Shown: positions 1-10,867 of the stretch, in pieces
Layout of the letters: each line of letters starts with the position of its first letter
Numbering within the stretch: position 1 is the stretch's first letter
Assembly: GCA_030832605.1 (NCBI GenBank)
Contig: JAURIU010000001.1
Span: 2,144-66,143 of the forward strand
Origin: Rhodoluna sp.
GTDB taxonomy: Bacteria; Actinomycetota; Actinomycetes; Actinomycetales; Microbacteriaceae
Direction of reading: 5' to 3'
DNA: 64,000 nucleotides
The notes under the pieces: model-generated
The model's database searches: none
The model's input: the letters and a program-made list of their open reading frames with translations, nothing else
What the model was told of the DNA's origin: nothing
Translations under genes and position numbers: made by a program

Positions 1-209
1 TAAAACTCGTTTGCGCGTGTCGCCCCGAAAAGCGACCAAATGATTCCGCCGAAGATTACGGCGAGTAGCGCGTAGAAACTAACCCAGAGGGTCGACTCTC
101 GGTTGCTGGGAATGTGCGGTCTGCTGTAAATGAGCAGCAGATCGGCAATGATCAAGACGGCCAAGACGGCCATGCTCACAATTTCAAAGAGCTCGTAGTT
201 GGGGTTCAT
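1..209 (-). CDS. TerC/Alx family integral membrane protein (5' part; runs off window start)
   Basis: Manual translation from ATG at 209: MNPNYELFEIVSMAVLAVLIIADLLLIYRRPHIPSNRESTLWVSFYALLAVIFGG...ANEF, the typical TerC/Alx N-terminus (DL..RRPH.P..RES..W..FY). Confidence 0.8.
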   Translation of the reverse strand, partial: MNPNYELFEIVSMAVLAVLIIADLLLIYSRPHIPSNRESTLWVSFYALLAVIFGGIIWSLFGATRANEF

Positions 210-279
210 CGGCTCAAGTCTAGGGTGGCGTTGACCTGCGCCGCTAAAGTTATAAGCAAAGTTCGACAAATAGGTGAAA

Positions 280-1368
280 ATGACCGCGAAAAAGACTTCG
301 GCCAAGCTGTCAGATGGCCGCGACCTTTTCTACTTCGATGATGCCGGCTCGCAACTGCCTCTAGAACGCAAGACCGATGCCCGAAACTTGGATGCGCGCC
401 CAGCCGTTGCCGAGATGCGTCTCGATGCACTCTCTGGCGACTGGATCTCGGTGGCCGCAAGCCGTCACGGACGCGCATTTCTGCCGCCAGCATCCGAGTG
501 CCCACTGTGCCCGAGCACTGAAAACTTTTTAAGTGAAGTTCCAGACCGTTTCGATGTTGCCGTTTTTGAAAATAAGAACCCTTCGTTCGGGCCCGACTTG
601 GCCGCGATTGACGACAAAAACTACTGGGTCGAGCCAAAACTGCCGCTGGGTCTGACCAAACCATCAATCGGTCGCTGCGAGGTTGTGGTTTTCTCGCCAG
701 AGCACGAAGGCTCGCTGGCTAGCCAGAGTGAAACTCGAATTCGCACCATTCTCGACGCACTTGCCGACCGCACCGACGCAATCATGCGCATGCCGGGTGT
801 ACGCACCGTTTTCCCTTTTGAGAATCGTGGGCAAGAGATCGGTGTAACCCTGCACCACCCGCACGGACAGATTTATGCCTATCCTTACGTAACGCCAACC
901 CAAGAAAAGGTTTTCGCCTCGATCGCGCGTCACGGCAAAAACCTATTTCAAGACATCCTCGAGTTTGAACAGGGCTCAGAACGCGAACTGATTCGCGGCG
1001 AACACTTCACGGCTTTCGTGCCGTTTGCTGCTCGCTGGCCGATCGAGGTGACGATTCTGCCCCACCGCCACGTGCAAAACCTGACCGAACTTAGCCAGGA
1101 CGAGCTCGCCGAACTCACTTCGGTTTACTCACGCGTACTGCGCGGCGTCGATACCATGTACGACACTCCGACGCCCTACGTGGCTGGTTGGCACCAAGCG
1201 CCGAACTTCGACGGTGGCGAGAATTTCAGGCTTCAGTTCAAACTAACTTCGCCAAGACGGGCAGCCGACAAATTGAAATTCTTGGCAGGTTCCGAGTCGG
1301 CCATGGGGGCTTTCATTGCTGACTTTCCACCAGAGACAACTGCCGGCAGATTGCGCGAGGTTATCTAG
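280..1368 (+). CDS. galT: galactose-1-phosphate uridylyltransferase
   Basis: CPLCP zinc motif, FENRG.EIGVTLHHPHGQIY active-site HPH motif; overlaps galK start. Confidence 0.95.
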   Translation: MTAKKTSAKLSDGRDLFYFDDAGSQLPLERKTDARNLDARPAVAEMRLDALSGDWISVAASRHGRAFLPPASECPLCPSTENFLSEVPDRFDVAVFENKNPSFGPDLAAIDDKNYWVEPKLPLGLTKPSIGRCEVVVFSPEHEGSLASQSETRIRTILDALADRTDAIMRMPGVRTVFPFENRGQEIGVTLHHPHGQIYAYPYVTPTQEKVFASIARHGKNLFQDILEFEQGSERELIRGEHFTAFVPFAARWPIEVTILPHRHVQNLTELSQDELAELTSVYSRVLRGVDTMYDTPTPYVAGWHQAPNFDGGENFRLQFKLTSPRRAADKLKFLAGSESAMGAFIADFPPETTAGRLREVI

Positions 1369-2501
1369 TGCTGGGTTTGGCCAAGCAGACCGCCGAAAAG
1401 TTCGAGGCCAAATTTGGCTTCGAACCAACGGGCGTTTGGTCGGCCCCAGGGCGCGTAAACATCATCGGCGAACACACCGACTACAACGAGGGTTTCGTGC
1501 TTCCGATCGCGATTAACCGAGCAACCTACGCGGCCATCGCACTGCGCGAAGACAACGTGGCGCACGTTGCGTCGACATTCACCGATGAAGTTATCGAACT
1601 CAACATCAATCAGCTTGACGAGGCGACGGGCTGGGCTGCCTACCCGCTCGGTGTCGCGCACATTTTGCGCGCATCCAAGGGTTTCGACCTTTTTATTGAC
1701 TCGGATGTGCCGGTTGGTGCCGGGCTTTCGTCATCGGCAGCCATTGAGTGCGCCGTTGCCCTCGGTCTCGACGAATTGTTGGGCTTGGGTAACGATCGCC
1801 GTGCCCTGGCACGCATCGGGCAGCGAGCCGAAAACGAGGTGGTTGGCGCTCCCACCGGCATCATGGACCAATCGGCTTCGCTGCTTGGCAAAGTAGACCA
1901 CGCAGTGTTTCTCGACTGTCAGTCGCTCGCCGTCGAAAACGTCGAGCTGGGCTTCGCGGCTGCTGGGCTCGAACTTGTGGTTATCGACACCCGTGTGGCT
2001 CACCGGCTGAACGATGGCGGGTATGCCACCAGGCGCGCGGCTTGCGAGGCAGCATCCGCTGCATTCAAAGTGCCCAGCCTGCGTCATCTCACCGTGAAAG
2101 ACCTCGAGGATGGTCGTGAGTTGGTCGATGGCGTGACCTACCGTCGCGCGCATCACGTGGTGACCGAAAACGATCGAGTGCTGGAGTTTGTGGCCGCGCT
2201 GAAACTCGGCGACTTCGCCCGCTGCGGCGCACTAATGGTTCAGTCGCACGCATCGATGCGCGACGATTTTGAAATCAGTGTCGACGAACTAGACACCGCA
2301 GTCGAAACTTCGATGAGACACGGTGCGTTAGGCGCTCGGATGACCGGCGGCGGCTTCGGCGGAGCAGCCATCGCTCTCTGCCCCATCGAAAAAATCAGTG
2401 ACCTGACCAATTCGGTGTATGCAGAGTTCGAGTTGCTCGGTTATGCCAGGCCGGAGATTTTTACAGTGAACGCGGCCGACGGGGCAAGCCGCCTAATCTG
2501 A
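1368..2501 (+). CDS. galK: galactokinase
   Basis: APGRVNIIGEHTDYN, PVGAGLSSSAA, GARMTGGGFGG GHMP kinase motifs. Confidence 0.96.
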   Translation: MLGLAKQTAEKFEAKFGFEPTGVWSAPGRVNIIGEHTDYNEGFVLPIAINRATYAAIALREDNVAHVASTFTDEVIELNINQLDEATGWAAYPLGVAHILRASKGFDLFIDSDVPVGAGLSSSAAIECAVALGLDELLGLGNDRRALARIGQRAENEVVGAPTGIMDQSASLLGKVDHAVFLDCQSLAVENVELGFAAAGLELVVIDTRVAHRLNDGGYATRRAACEAASAAFKVPSLRHLTVKDLEDGRELVDGVTYRRAHHVVTENDRVLEFVAALKLGDFARCGALMVQSHASMRDDFEISVDELDTAVETSMRHGALGARMTGGGFGGAAIALCPIEKISDLTNSVYAEFELLGYARPEIFTVNAADGASRLI

Positions 2502-2514
2502 TTTACTCGACCCT

Positions 2515-3984
2515 CTAGGCAAACGGGTCTGGAGTCATCACGTATTTGGTTTCTAGGTATTCGTTGATACCTTCGAAACCACCTTCGCGACCCAATCCAG
2601 ACTGCTTTACGCCACCGAAAGGTGCCGCGGCGTTAGAAACCAAACCGGTGTTCAACCCGGTCATACCGGTGTCGAGCGACTCGATGAGTCTGAGCCCGCG
2701 CTTTAGGTCTTGCGTGAACGCATAAGAAACCAAGCCGTACTCGGTGTCGTTCGCCAGCGCTACGGCCTCGTCTTCGGTCTTGAAGCTCACGATTGGCGCA
2801 ATCGGGCCAAAGATTTCTTCGCGCAAAATGGCGGCATCTGGCTTGACTCCGACCAGCACGGTTGGCTTGAAGAAGTAACCCGCACCCTCACCAGACTCCC
2901 CACCAACAACAATCGAGCCACCTTCTTGAACGGTGGTGTCGACCAAACGCTGCATATTTTCGCGAGCGCTCTCGTTGATTACCGGCCCGCAAGTGGTCTC
3001 GGCATCGACACCGCGCCCAAGTTTCAGCGCGCCCATCTTCTCGGCCAGGCGGTTACCAAACTCTTCGGCAACCGACTCTTGAACAATAAAGCGGTTGGCT
3101 GCGGTGCAAGCCTGGCCGATGTTGCGCATCTTGGCGAGCATCGCGCCAGTTACCGCGGCGTCTAGGTCAGCATCCTCGAAAACTACAAATGGCGCGTTTC
3201 CGCCAAGCTCCATCGAAGTGCGCAAAACCTGCTGAGCGGACTGCTCGAGCAGCTTTCGGCCAACTTGGGTTGAACCGGTGAAGGTGATTTTTCGAAGCCT
3301 TGGGTCGGCAATGATCGGGGCCGATACTTTTGCCGAAGAGCTGGTGGTAATCACGTTGATGACACCGGCAGGCAGGCCGGCTTCTTCGAGTGTTTTCACA
3401 AACAGCAAGGTCGTGAGCGGGGTCAGCTCTGCTGGCTTGACCACCATCGTGCATCCGGCTGCAATCGCAGGGCCAATTTTACGAGTGGCCATGGCGAGTG
3501 GAAAGTTCCACGGGGTGATGGCAAACGCTGGGCCAACTGGGCGCTGTGCTACGAGCATGCGTCCTGTGCCTTCGGGCGAGGTTCCGTAACGACCTGTGAT
3601 TCGCACGGCTTCTTCGCTGAACCAGCGCAAAAACTCGTTGCCGTAGGTGACTTCACCGCGAGCCTCGGCGATCGGCTTTCCCATTTCGAGGCTAATCAGG
3701 GTGGCAAATTCTTCGCTTCGCTCGCGAACAAGCTCAAAGGTGCGGCGAAGCAACTCGGCGCGCTCACGAGGAGGCACCTTTGCCCACGTTGCCTGTGTTT
3801 CATAAGCTGCAGACAGTGCAGCTAACCCGTCAGAGGCGTCAGCATTAGCGATTTCGAGCAAAATCTTGCCAGTGGCCGGGTCTTCAACCGAGATCGGCTT
3901 CTCACCGTGACCCTGAACCCACTTGCCGCCGATGTAAAGGCCGGTCGGAACCTTGGCCAGAAGATCGGTTTCGTTTAGCGCCAT
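2515..3984 (-). CDS. gabD: NAD(P)-dependent succinate-semialdehyde dehydrogenase
   Basis: ITPWNFPLAM, FTGST, MELGGNAP, KMRNIGQAC, EEIFGP, GGVKQSGLGREG. Confidence 0.85.
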   Translation of the reverse strand: MALNETDLLAKVPTGLYIGGKWVQGHGEKPISVEDPATGKILLEIANADASDGLAALSAAYETQATWAKVPPRERAELLRRTFELVRERSEEFATLISLEMGKPIAEARGEVTYGNEFLRWFSEEAVRITGRYGTSPEGTGRMLVAQRPVGPAFAITPWNFPLAMATRKIGPAIAAGCTMVVKPAELTPLTTLLFVKTLEEAGLPAGVINVITTSSSAKVSAPIIADPRLRKITFTGSTQVGRKLLEQSAQQVLRTSMELGGNAPFVVFEDADLDAAVTGAMLAKMRNIGQACTAANRFIVQESVAEEFGNRLAEKMGALKLGRGVDAETTCGPVINESARENMQRLVDTTVQEGGSIVVGGESGEGAGYFFKPTVLVGVKPDAAILREEIFGPIAPIVSFKTEDEAVALANDTEYGLVSYAFTQDLKRGLRLIESLDTGMTGLNTGLVSNAAAPFGGVKQSGLGREGGFEGINEYLETKYVMTPDPFA

Positions 3985-4032
3985 TGCTTTTCCTTGCACT
4001 CGTTCGGATGCTAACAGTCTGCCACAGTCGGG

Positions 4033-4617
4033 CTAAATGGTGGCAACCACGTTGCAGCCAGCGTCGACCATCGTGTCGATGGCCTGTTCTGAACTGGCGG
4101 CGGCGACTCCGGCGGTGAGTGCCGTGATTACAGTCACTTCACGACCACTCGCCTTGGCGTCTAGGGCTGAGGCGAGCACACAGTAGTCGGTGGCAATGCC
4201 GACCAAGGTCACCTCAGAAATCGACCGCTCTTCGAGAAGTTCGACTAGGGGCTGACCGTCGCGAGTAACTCCTTCAAAAATCGAGTACGACGGCCTCCCC
4301 TGCCCCTTTTCGATGTGGACATCGATAAAGCTCGTGTCTAGGTTTGGGTGGTACTCAGCACCTACCGAGCCGGCCACGCAGTGCGCCGGCCACGAGTTCA
4401 CAAAATCGGGTTCGGCAGGGGCAAGGGCAAAGTGGCCACCGTTGTCACCATCGGCCGAGTGCCAGTCGCGTGATGCAATAACCACATCGAAGCCGTCAGC
4501 GTGTTCGTTCAAAAAGGCGGTGATGTTCGAGGCACAGGCCGCTCCCCCGGCAACCGCAAGCGAGCCACCTTCGCAAAAGTCGTTTTGAACATCCACGATG
4601 AAAAGCGCATTAGCCAT
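4033..4617 (-). CDS. pncA: nicotinamidase/pyrazinamidase (isochorismatase family)
   Basis: IVDVQNDFCEGGSL, DWH, WPAHCV, GIATDYCV motifs. Confidence 0.88.
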   Translation of the reverse strand: MANALFIVDVQNDFCEGGSLAVAGGAACASNITAFLNEHADGFDVVIASRDWHSADGDNGGHFALAPAEPDFVNSWPAHCVAGSVGAEYHPNLDTSFIDVHIEKGQGRPSYSIFEGVTRDGQPLVELLEERSISEVTLVGIATDYCVLASALDAKASGREVTVITALTAGVAAASSEQAIDTMVDAGCNVVATI

Positions 4618-4654
4618 CTTTTTGCCTAGTCTCTGCTCGCTTGAAGGATTCGAA

Positions 4655-6043
4655 CTATTCGTTCGAGAGCTGGTCGCCACATCGGTAGAACCCGGTGACC
4701 AGATTGTCGATGGCCTGCTTGGCGTTGTCCTTCACCGGGCCAAGAGCGTAAACGGCGAACAGCAGGTTGGTGCCGTCTTTAGCCGAGATGATTCCAGCCA
4801 GGGTGTAGCCGTTGTTGATCCAACCGGTTTTTGCTCGAACCTTGCCCGTGGCATCTGCGTTGTCACCCTTAAAGCGGCTAGCTAGCGAGCCGGTTTCGCC
4901 CGCACTTGGCAAACCTTCGTTGATGATCTCGAAGTCACCCCAACCATCGAGCACCATTTGCATTAGCTGGGCGACGAATGTTGGTGAAACGGCATTGAGC
5001 GACGACAGCCCCGAGCCGTCTTTGATGACCAGTGAGCTGGTGTCGAGGTTGGTGCTCGCCAAGGCCTTCTTAAAGGCGATGCCGATTGAGGCAAATGAGG
5101 CGTCGTAACCCTGGTTCAGCGCTACCAATCGAGCCAGATACTCGGCCTCGGTGTTGTCTGACTTTTGCAACATGTGTCGAATCCACTTGTCTATGGTTTG
5201 CGACGAAACCTTGGCGATTTCTTCTGCGCCTGCTGGCAGTTCACCCTCGACAACTCTTGCGCCTGTGGCGATGGTGCCCAGTGCTTTCTTGAACTTCGCG
5301 CCTGCGTTGGCAACCGGCTTAGTTGAGCGCGGTGATGTTTCTTGTGAAGGCATCTTGCGGTCACCATCTACCTGAAGCGCGGTTACCTCGCTCATGTAGC
5401 CCTGGGTTTGCTCGCTTCTGGCCCAAGACGATTCCCACTTGGATGCTGCGCCGCCGCCAGCGAAGAGCGTCGAGTCGAGCACAATGTCGGTCACGTTGAC
5501 ACCGTTGGCAACGGCCCACTCGTTGACTTTAAGGGCAAGCGTGCTGAGCTTTGGAGCGTTGGCATAGACCGACTGCTGGCCGGCCGGTAGAGCCGAAAGT
5601 GTTGGGTCGCCAGCGCCAACGAGAATGACGGTGCCCGGGTTTTCAGGGTCGGCGTAAACCTTTGTTTCAACCACGAAGTTTGGGCCGAGGGTCTGCAGTG
5701 CGGCCGCAGCGGTAAGCACCTTCATGACCGAGGCGGTTGCTGCCGGCACGGTCGCGTTGCGGTCGAACAAAACTTCTTTTGTGCCAGCTTTCAGCACCAC
5801 GGCCGAGAGATTGCCCAATTCTGGCACAGTGGCGAGCTCGGCGACCGAACAGGTTCTCGCATTGCTCGCCGAAGCGCTAGGGGTCGCGCTCTGCGACGTC
5901 GAAGCCGACGGCGTGTTTGTCGGGTTGGCTACCGAAGATCCAAACGAGGATGCAGCCATGAGCAAAATCAGCGCAAGCAAACCGCTGCCAGAACCAATTG
6001 CCACTTGCTTGAAGTAGGCAAAACGTGGCTTGTTCTCGGTCAA
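4655..6043 (-). CDS. dacB: D-alanyl-D-alanine carboxypeptidase/endopeptidase (PBP4, peptidase S13)
   Basis: ASVMK (SxxK), SDN, AKTG motifs, DGSGLS; N-terminal TM; GAGGAG RBS before TTG at 6043. Confidence 0.9.
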   Translation of the reverse strand: MTENKPRFAYFKQVAIGSGSGLLALILLMAASSFGSSVANPTNTPSASTSQSATPSASASNARTCSVAELATVPELGNLSAVVLKAGTKEVLFDRNATVPAATASVMKVLTAAAALQTLGPNFVVETKVYADPENPGTVILVGAGDPTLSALPAGQQSVYANAPKLSTLALKVNEWAVANGVNVTDIVLDSTLFAGGGAASKWESSWARSEQTQGYMSEVTALQVDGDRKMPSQETSPRSTKPVANAGAKFKKALGTIATGARVVEGELPAGAEEIAKVSSQTIDKWIRHMLQKSDNTEAEYLARLVALNQGYDASFASIGIAFKKALASTNLDTSSLVIKDGSGLSSLNAVSPTFVAQLMQMVLDGWGDFEIINEGLPSAGETGSLASRFKGDNADATGKVRAKTGWINNGYTLAGIISAKDGTNLLFAVYALGPVKDNAKQAIDNLVTGFYRCGDQLSNE

Positions 6044-6151
6044 TGTCGCTCCTCGATTAGGCATACCGCTGGGCTATAAATCACTCGGATGAATGCAAGC
6101 AAAGCCCCTACAACTGATTTTAGTCGCGCTGGCTGAGCGTAGGCTTGAGTT

Positions 6152-6792
6152 ATGAAGTTCACACAACGTCTTATCGTGGCCGCGGTGGCAATTGCTTTGG
6201 GTTTCGGCCTAAACCTAGTGCCAGCATCCGTGGCTTTTGCCCACTCTGACTTGCAAAGCACCTCTCCGCTAGCCGGCGAAACCGTAGAAGCCGGTCGCAT
6301 CGATGTGACTCTGAAGTTCAACGAAGAAATACTCACGGGCGAAGGTTCTGGCGCTGTCATTTCGGTGACTGGGCCATTCGAAGGTGAGTCAATCGAGCAC
6401 TCCGATGGTTGTGTAGACGCTATCAGGGGTTCACTCGTGGTTGAAGGTGTCTCGCTCGACCAGGCCGGCACCTATGAGGTCAACTGGCGCGTGGTTTCGG
6501 CCGACGGTCACCCGATCGAGGGTATTTATGATTTCACCGTGGTGAACACCACTGGTTATGAAGCAGCCGGCGTTGGCATTTGCGAAAACTCGCTGCTGGG
6601 TGAGCCAAAGACCACTTCTGAGAACACCGGCGGTTTGCCGTCATCGGTGCCAATCACACCTGAAGAGGGTTTGATCGGTGGTTTGGTTGTCATCACGCTG
6701 ATGGCTATCGGAGGCGCGTTCTTGCTGCGCAAGCAGGAAAGCCGAATCACCGATGCATCTGAGCGAGAGAAAGCTAAGTACCGCGGGGAGCT

Positions 6793-6796
<4 letters not shown>
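6152..6796 (+). CDS. CopC-family copper-binding protein with C-terminal membrane anchor
   Basis: Signal peptide ending AFA-H, HSDLQSTSP, WRVVSADGHPIEG; C-terminal TM helix. Confidence 0.85.
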
Positions 6797-8193
<1,397 letters not shown>

Positions 8194-8274
8194 GTCTTCA
8201 GTCTGGCACGAAAAACGTTTGTAGCCAAACGACACGGGCAGGTGAGTTCGTTTATTCGACCAGAAGACCCCAGC

Positions 8275-8315
8275 AGAAAAAAGTGCCCGGCCATTTCGAC
8301 CGGGCACTTTTTCTT
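8275..8315 (-). terminator. intrinsic terminator after APC permease (potentially bidirectional)
   Basis: AAAAAGTGCCCGG-CCATTTCGA-CCGGGCACTTTTT inverted repeat with A/T tracts on both sides. Confidence 0.85.
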
Positions 8316-8327
8316 TTGGAAGGTTCT

Positions 8328-9854
8328 TTACGACAGGATGTCTGCTGCCAAGTCGCGCTTGTTCTTGGTTGCTGCAGCAACGACAAGACCAATAACAGCG
8401 GCGATGAATGGCGAGAGTACTAGCGCCCAACCCATTGGCGAGAGCATCCATGCCGATTCTGGCAAGGTTGGGTCTACACCCTCCGCGGCAAGGTTGCCGA
8501 GCAGGTTGAAGCGGCTCATCAACAGGTAGAGGCCGGCTGCAAGACCAACTGCCGAAAGCAGTGGAGCAATCGTCGACTTCCACACGTTGAATGTGCCGTC
8601 TTTGCGAAGGTAAACCATGATCGCAATGCTGACCAAGACTTCGACAAACATGATTGCAACCGCAGTGATCGCGCTCATCCAGGTGAAGAGGTTTCCGATA
8701 CCGTCAAGGCCTGCGGCAGCGAAGCTAATCATGATGACCAGAGCAAGAACCGAGGTCAAGATGACACCGTTCTTAGGTGCACCGCTGCTGTTGGTGTTAG
8801 CGAAAGACGCTGGAAGAATTCCACCGCGACCCATTGCGAAGAAGTAGCGAGAGATAGCGTTCTGGAATGCCAAGATACCGGCGAAGCAGCTGGTTAGAAC
8901 TAGGTAGCCCATGATGGTTGACATCCAGGTACCACCTAGTGAAACGTCGGCCATGTTCTGAAGAACTCCGGCAGGGTTGGTGAGACCAATCGCAGGGTCA
9001 AGACCGCCAAACTCGGCGATGTAGCCGTAGAGACCTTCGTTAGGGAAGCCCTCCGGAGCGTTTGGGTTGCTGTAACTCGCCATCGCGGTTGACATTGCCA
9101 ACGAAACTACAGCGAACAGACCGGTGATTAGACCAATCGCCCAGAAGGTTGCCTTAGCAACCGAGCGCTTAGGGTCTTTCGACTCTTCGCCGTAGATTGC
9201 GGTTGCTTCGAAACCAATGAACGAAGCAAACGCGAAAGCGATCGCGATACCAGCAGTGCCAGTTACGCCACCCGCCAAGATAGCGTCTGGCGAGAAGGCC
9301 GCAACGAAATCGATCGATCCGGCGTTCTGAACCAAGATTGCGAGGGCCGTAATGACCAAGACGAGAACCTCGAGAATCATGAGAACACCGAGCACCTTAG
9401 AGCCGATGTCAACGCTGAATAGCGACAACAAGGTTGCCACGGCCCAGGCAACTAGGGCCCAGCCGTACCAGGGCAGGCCTGGAACCATCAATGCCATAAC
9501 GCCGCCAAAGAAGCCATAGATGGCTAGCTGAATGGTTACGTAACCGACAATCGAAGCAAAGGCAGAAGCCACACCGGCGTTGCGACCAAGACCGCGACCG
9601 ACGTAAGCAAAGAATGCTCCGGTGTTAGTTACCTTTTGGCTCATAGCCGAGTAACCAACTGCAAAGAGAGCTAGAAGTAGACCTACAGCAAGATAGGTTC
9701 CGGATGCACCAGCACCGTTACCCAGGAACATGGCAACAGGCACAGCTCCTGTCATTCCAAGAAGCGGGGCGGCAGCTGCCACAACAAAGAACACGATGCC
9801 GGCTGTGCCGAGTTTGCCTTTGCTGAGTGAAGTGCCGGATGAGTTATCTGACAT
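8328..9854 (-). CDS. APC-family amino acid/amine permease
   Basis: About 12 TM segments, FFVVAAAAPL, FIGFEATAIYGEESKDP; GAGGAG RBS. Confidence 0.9.
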   Translation of the reverse strand: MSDNSSGTSLSKGKLGTAGIVFFVVAAAAPLLGMTGAVPVAMFLGNGAGASGTYLAVGLLLALFAVGYSAMSQKVTNTGAFFAYVGRGLGRNAGVASAFASIVGYVTIQLAIYGFFGGVMALMVPGLPWYGWALVAWAVATLLSLFSVDIGSKVLGVLMILEVLVLVITALAILVQNAGSIDFVAAFSPDAILAGGVTGTAGIAIAFAFASFIGFEATAIYGEESKDPKRSVAKATFWAIGLITGLFAVVSLAMSTAMASYSNPNAPEGFPNEGLYGYIAEFGGLDPAIGLTNPAGVLQNMADVSLGGTWMSTIMGYLVLTSCFAGILAFQNAISRYFFAMGRGGILPASFANTNSSGAPKNGVILTSVLALVIMISFAAAGLDGIGNLFTWMSAITAVAIMFVEVLVSIAIMVYLRKDGTFNVWKSTIAPLLSAVGLAAGLYLLMSRFNLLGNLAAEGVDPTLPESAWMLSPMGWALVLSPFIAAVIGLVVAAATKNKRDLAADILS

Positions 9855-9882
9855 AAGAGATTTTCTCCTCATTGAGTTTAAA

Positions 9883-9904
9883 AATCGTTAGGGGCTAAAC
9901 GATT
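9883..9904. promoter_or_regulatory. palindromic operator copy 1 (putative MarR site)
   Basis: AATCGTT-AGGGGCTA-AACGATT, perfect 7-8-7 inverted repeat upstream of permease. Confidence 0.75.
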
Positions 9905-9939
9905 AAGGTAAGCGTGGCGGAGTCACTCCGCTCGGTCAA

Positions 9940-9961
9940 GTTCATTCGGGCGCTAATGAAC
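9940..9961. promoter_or_regulatory. palindromic operator copy 2
   Basis: GTTCATT-CGGGCGCT-AATGAAC, perfect 7-8-7 inverted repeat. Confidence 0.65.
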
Positions 9962-9998
9962 ATACTTTTCCGAATCGTTATAAAGGCGTTTTGGCTAA

Positions 9999-10020
9999 TT
10001 TTGTTCGGGCACAAACGATT
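9999..10020. promoter_or_regulatory. palindromic operator copy 3
   Basis: TTTTGTT-CGGGCACA-AACGATT just upstream of the -10 (TAGGCT 10024-10029) of the ADC-like gene. Confidence 0.65.
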
Positions 10021-10035
10021 GGTTAGGCTTTTGGC

Positions 10036-10848
10036 ATGAGCGAACTCAACGGATTCATCGCACCACTAACCCCAACCGGTAAATCAGCACTGGTGCCGAA
10101 CATGCCCTGGTATTACTCGGGCACGTTGCTGACCGTCGAATACCTCACCGACGTTGAGAATGTGCGCGCAATCTTGCCAGCCGACCTTGAGCTCGCAGAC
10201 GAGCATCCTGGTGCAGTTGCCATCATTTGGGCCGACTGGCAGTCATGCAGCGAGGGCGGTGCAGAGCTGCTCGACCCGGTGAGATCGCAGTACCTCGAGG
10301 CGTTCGTTGTGGTTCGCTGCAAAAAGGACGGCGTCACTTATTCGCGCTGCGTAGCTATCTGGGTAACCAAAGATTTCGCGATTGCTCGCGGCTGGTTTCA
10401 GGGCTACCCAAAGAAGCTCGGCTCGGTTCACGTAACCCGAATTTTCAACCATGGCAAGGCTAGCCCCCGCTTGGCCCCCGGCGCAAAACTCGGCGCTACC
10501 CTCTCGGCTTATGACCACCGACTCGCATCGGCAGTGGTTACCTTGCGCGAACCGGCCGACAACAACGGTTTTGTCAATGGCCACAAAATGCTGCACAGCC
10601 GCTGGATGCCATCGATCACCCCGGGTGCGGGCAACTCACTCGACCAGTTGATTTCGATGGGCGGGGTTGACGCAGACCTGGGCGAGGCGTGGATGGGCGA
10701 TGCAGAGCTAACCCTTGGCGACAGTCGGTGGGATGAGCTCGGTTCGATCTTGCCCGTCAAAGAAATTCTCGGCGGCTACTACCGCGAGGTAGGCGTGACC
10801 TTCAACGGTGGCGTGCTAATCGAAGACCGTTCAAACCCGACCGTTTAG
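10036..10848 (+). CDS. acetoacetate decarboxylase-like (ADC superfamily, MppR-type) protein
   Basis: P.MPWYYSG, YLEAFVVV, ARGWFQGYPKKLG containing the Schiff-base lysine position of ADC-like enzymes. Confidence 0.82.
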   Translation: MSELNGFIAPLTPTGKSALVPNMPWYYSGTLLTVEYLTDVENVRAILPADLELADEHPGAVAIIWADWQSCSEGGAELLDPVRSQYLEAFVVVRCKKDGVTYSRCVAIWVTKDFAIARGWFQGYPKKLGSVHVTRIFNHGKASPRLAPGAKLGATLSAYDHRLASAVVTLREPADNNGFVNGHKMLHSRWMPSITPGAGNSLDQLISMGGVDADLGEAWMGDAELTLGDSRWDELGSILPVKEILGGYYREVGVTFNGGVLIEDRSNPTV

Positions 10849-10867
10849 TCGCGCGTTTAGTCGCGTT

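Noticed and set aside
8194-8583. Long N-terminal extension of aspA in the ORF track
   Set aside because: Overlaps the permease and crosses a terminator; AspA homology begins at 8193
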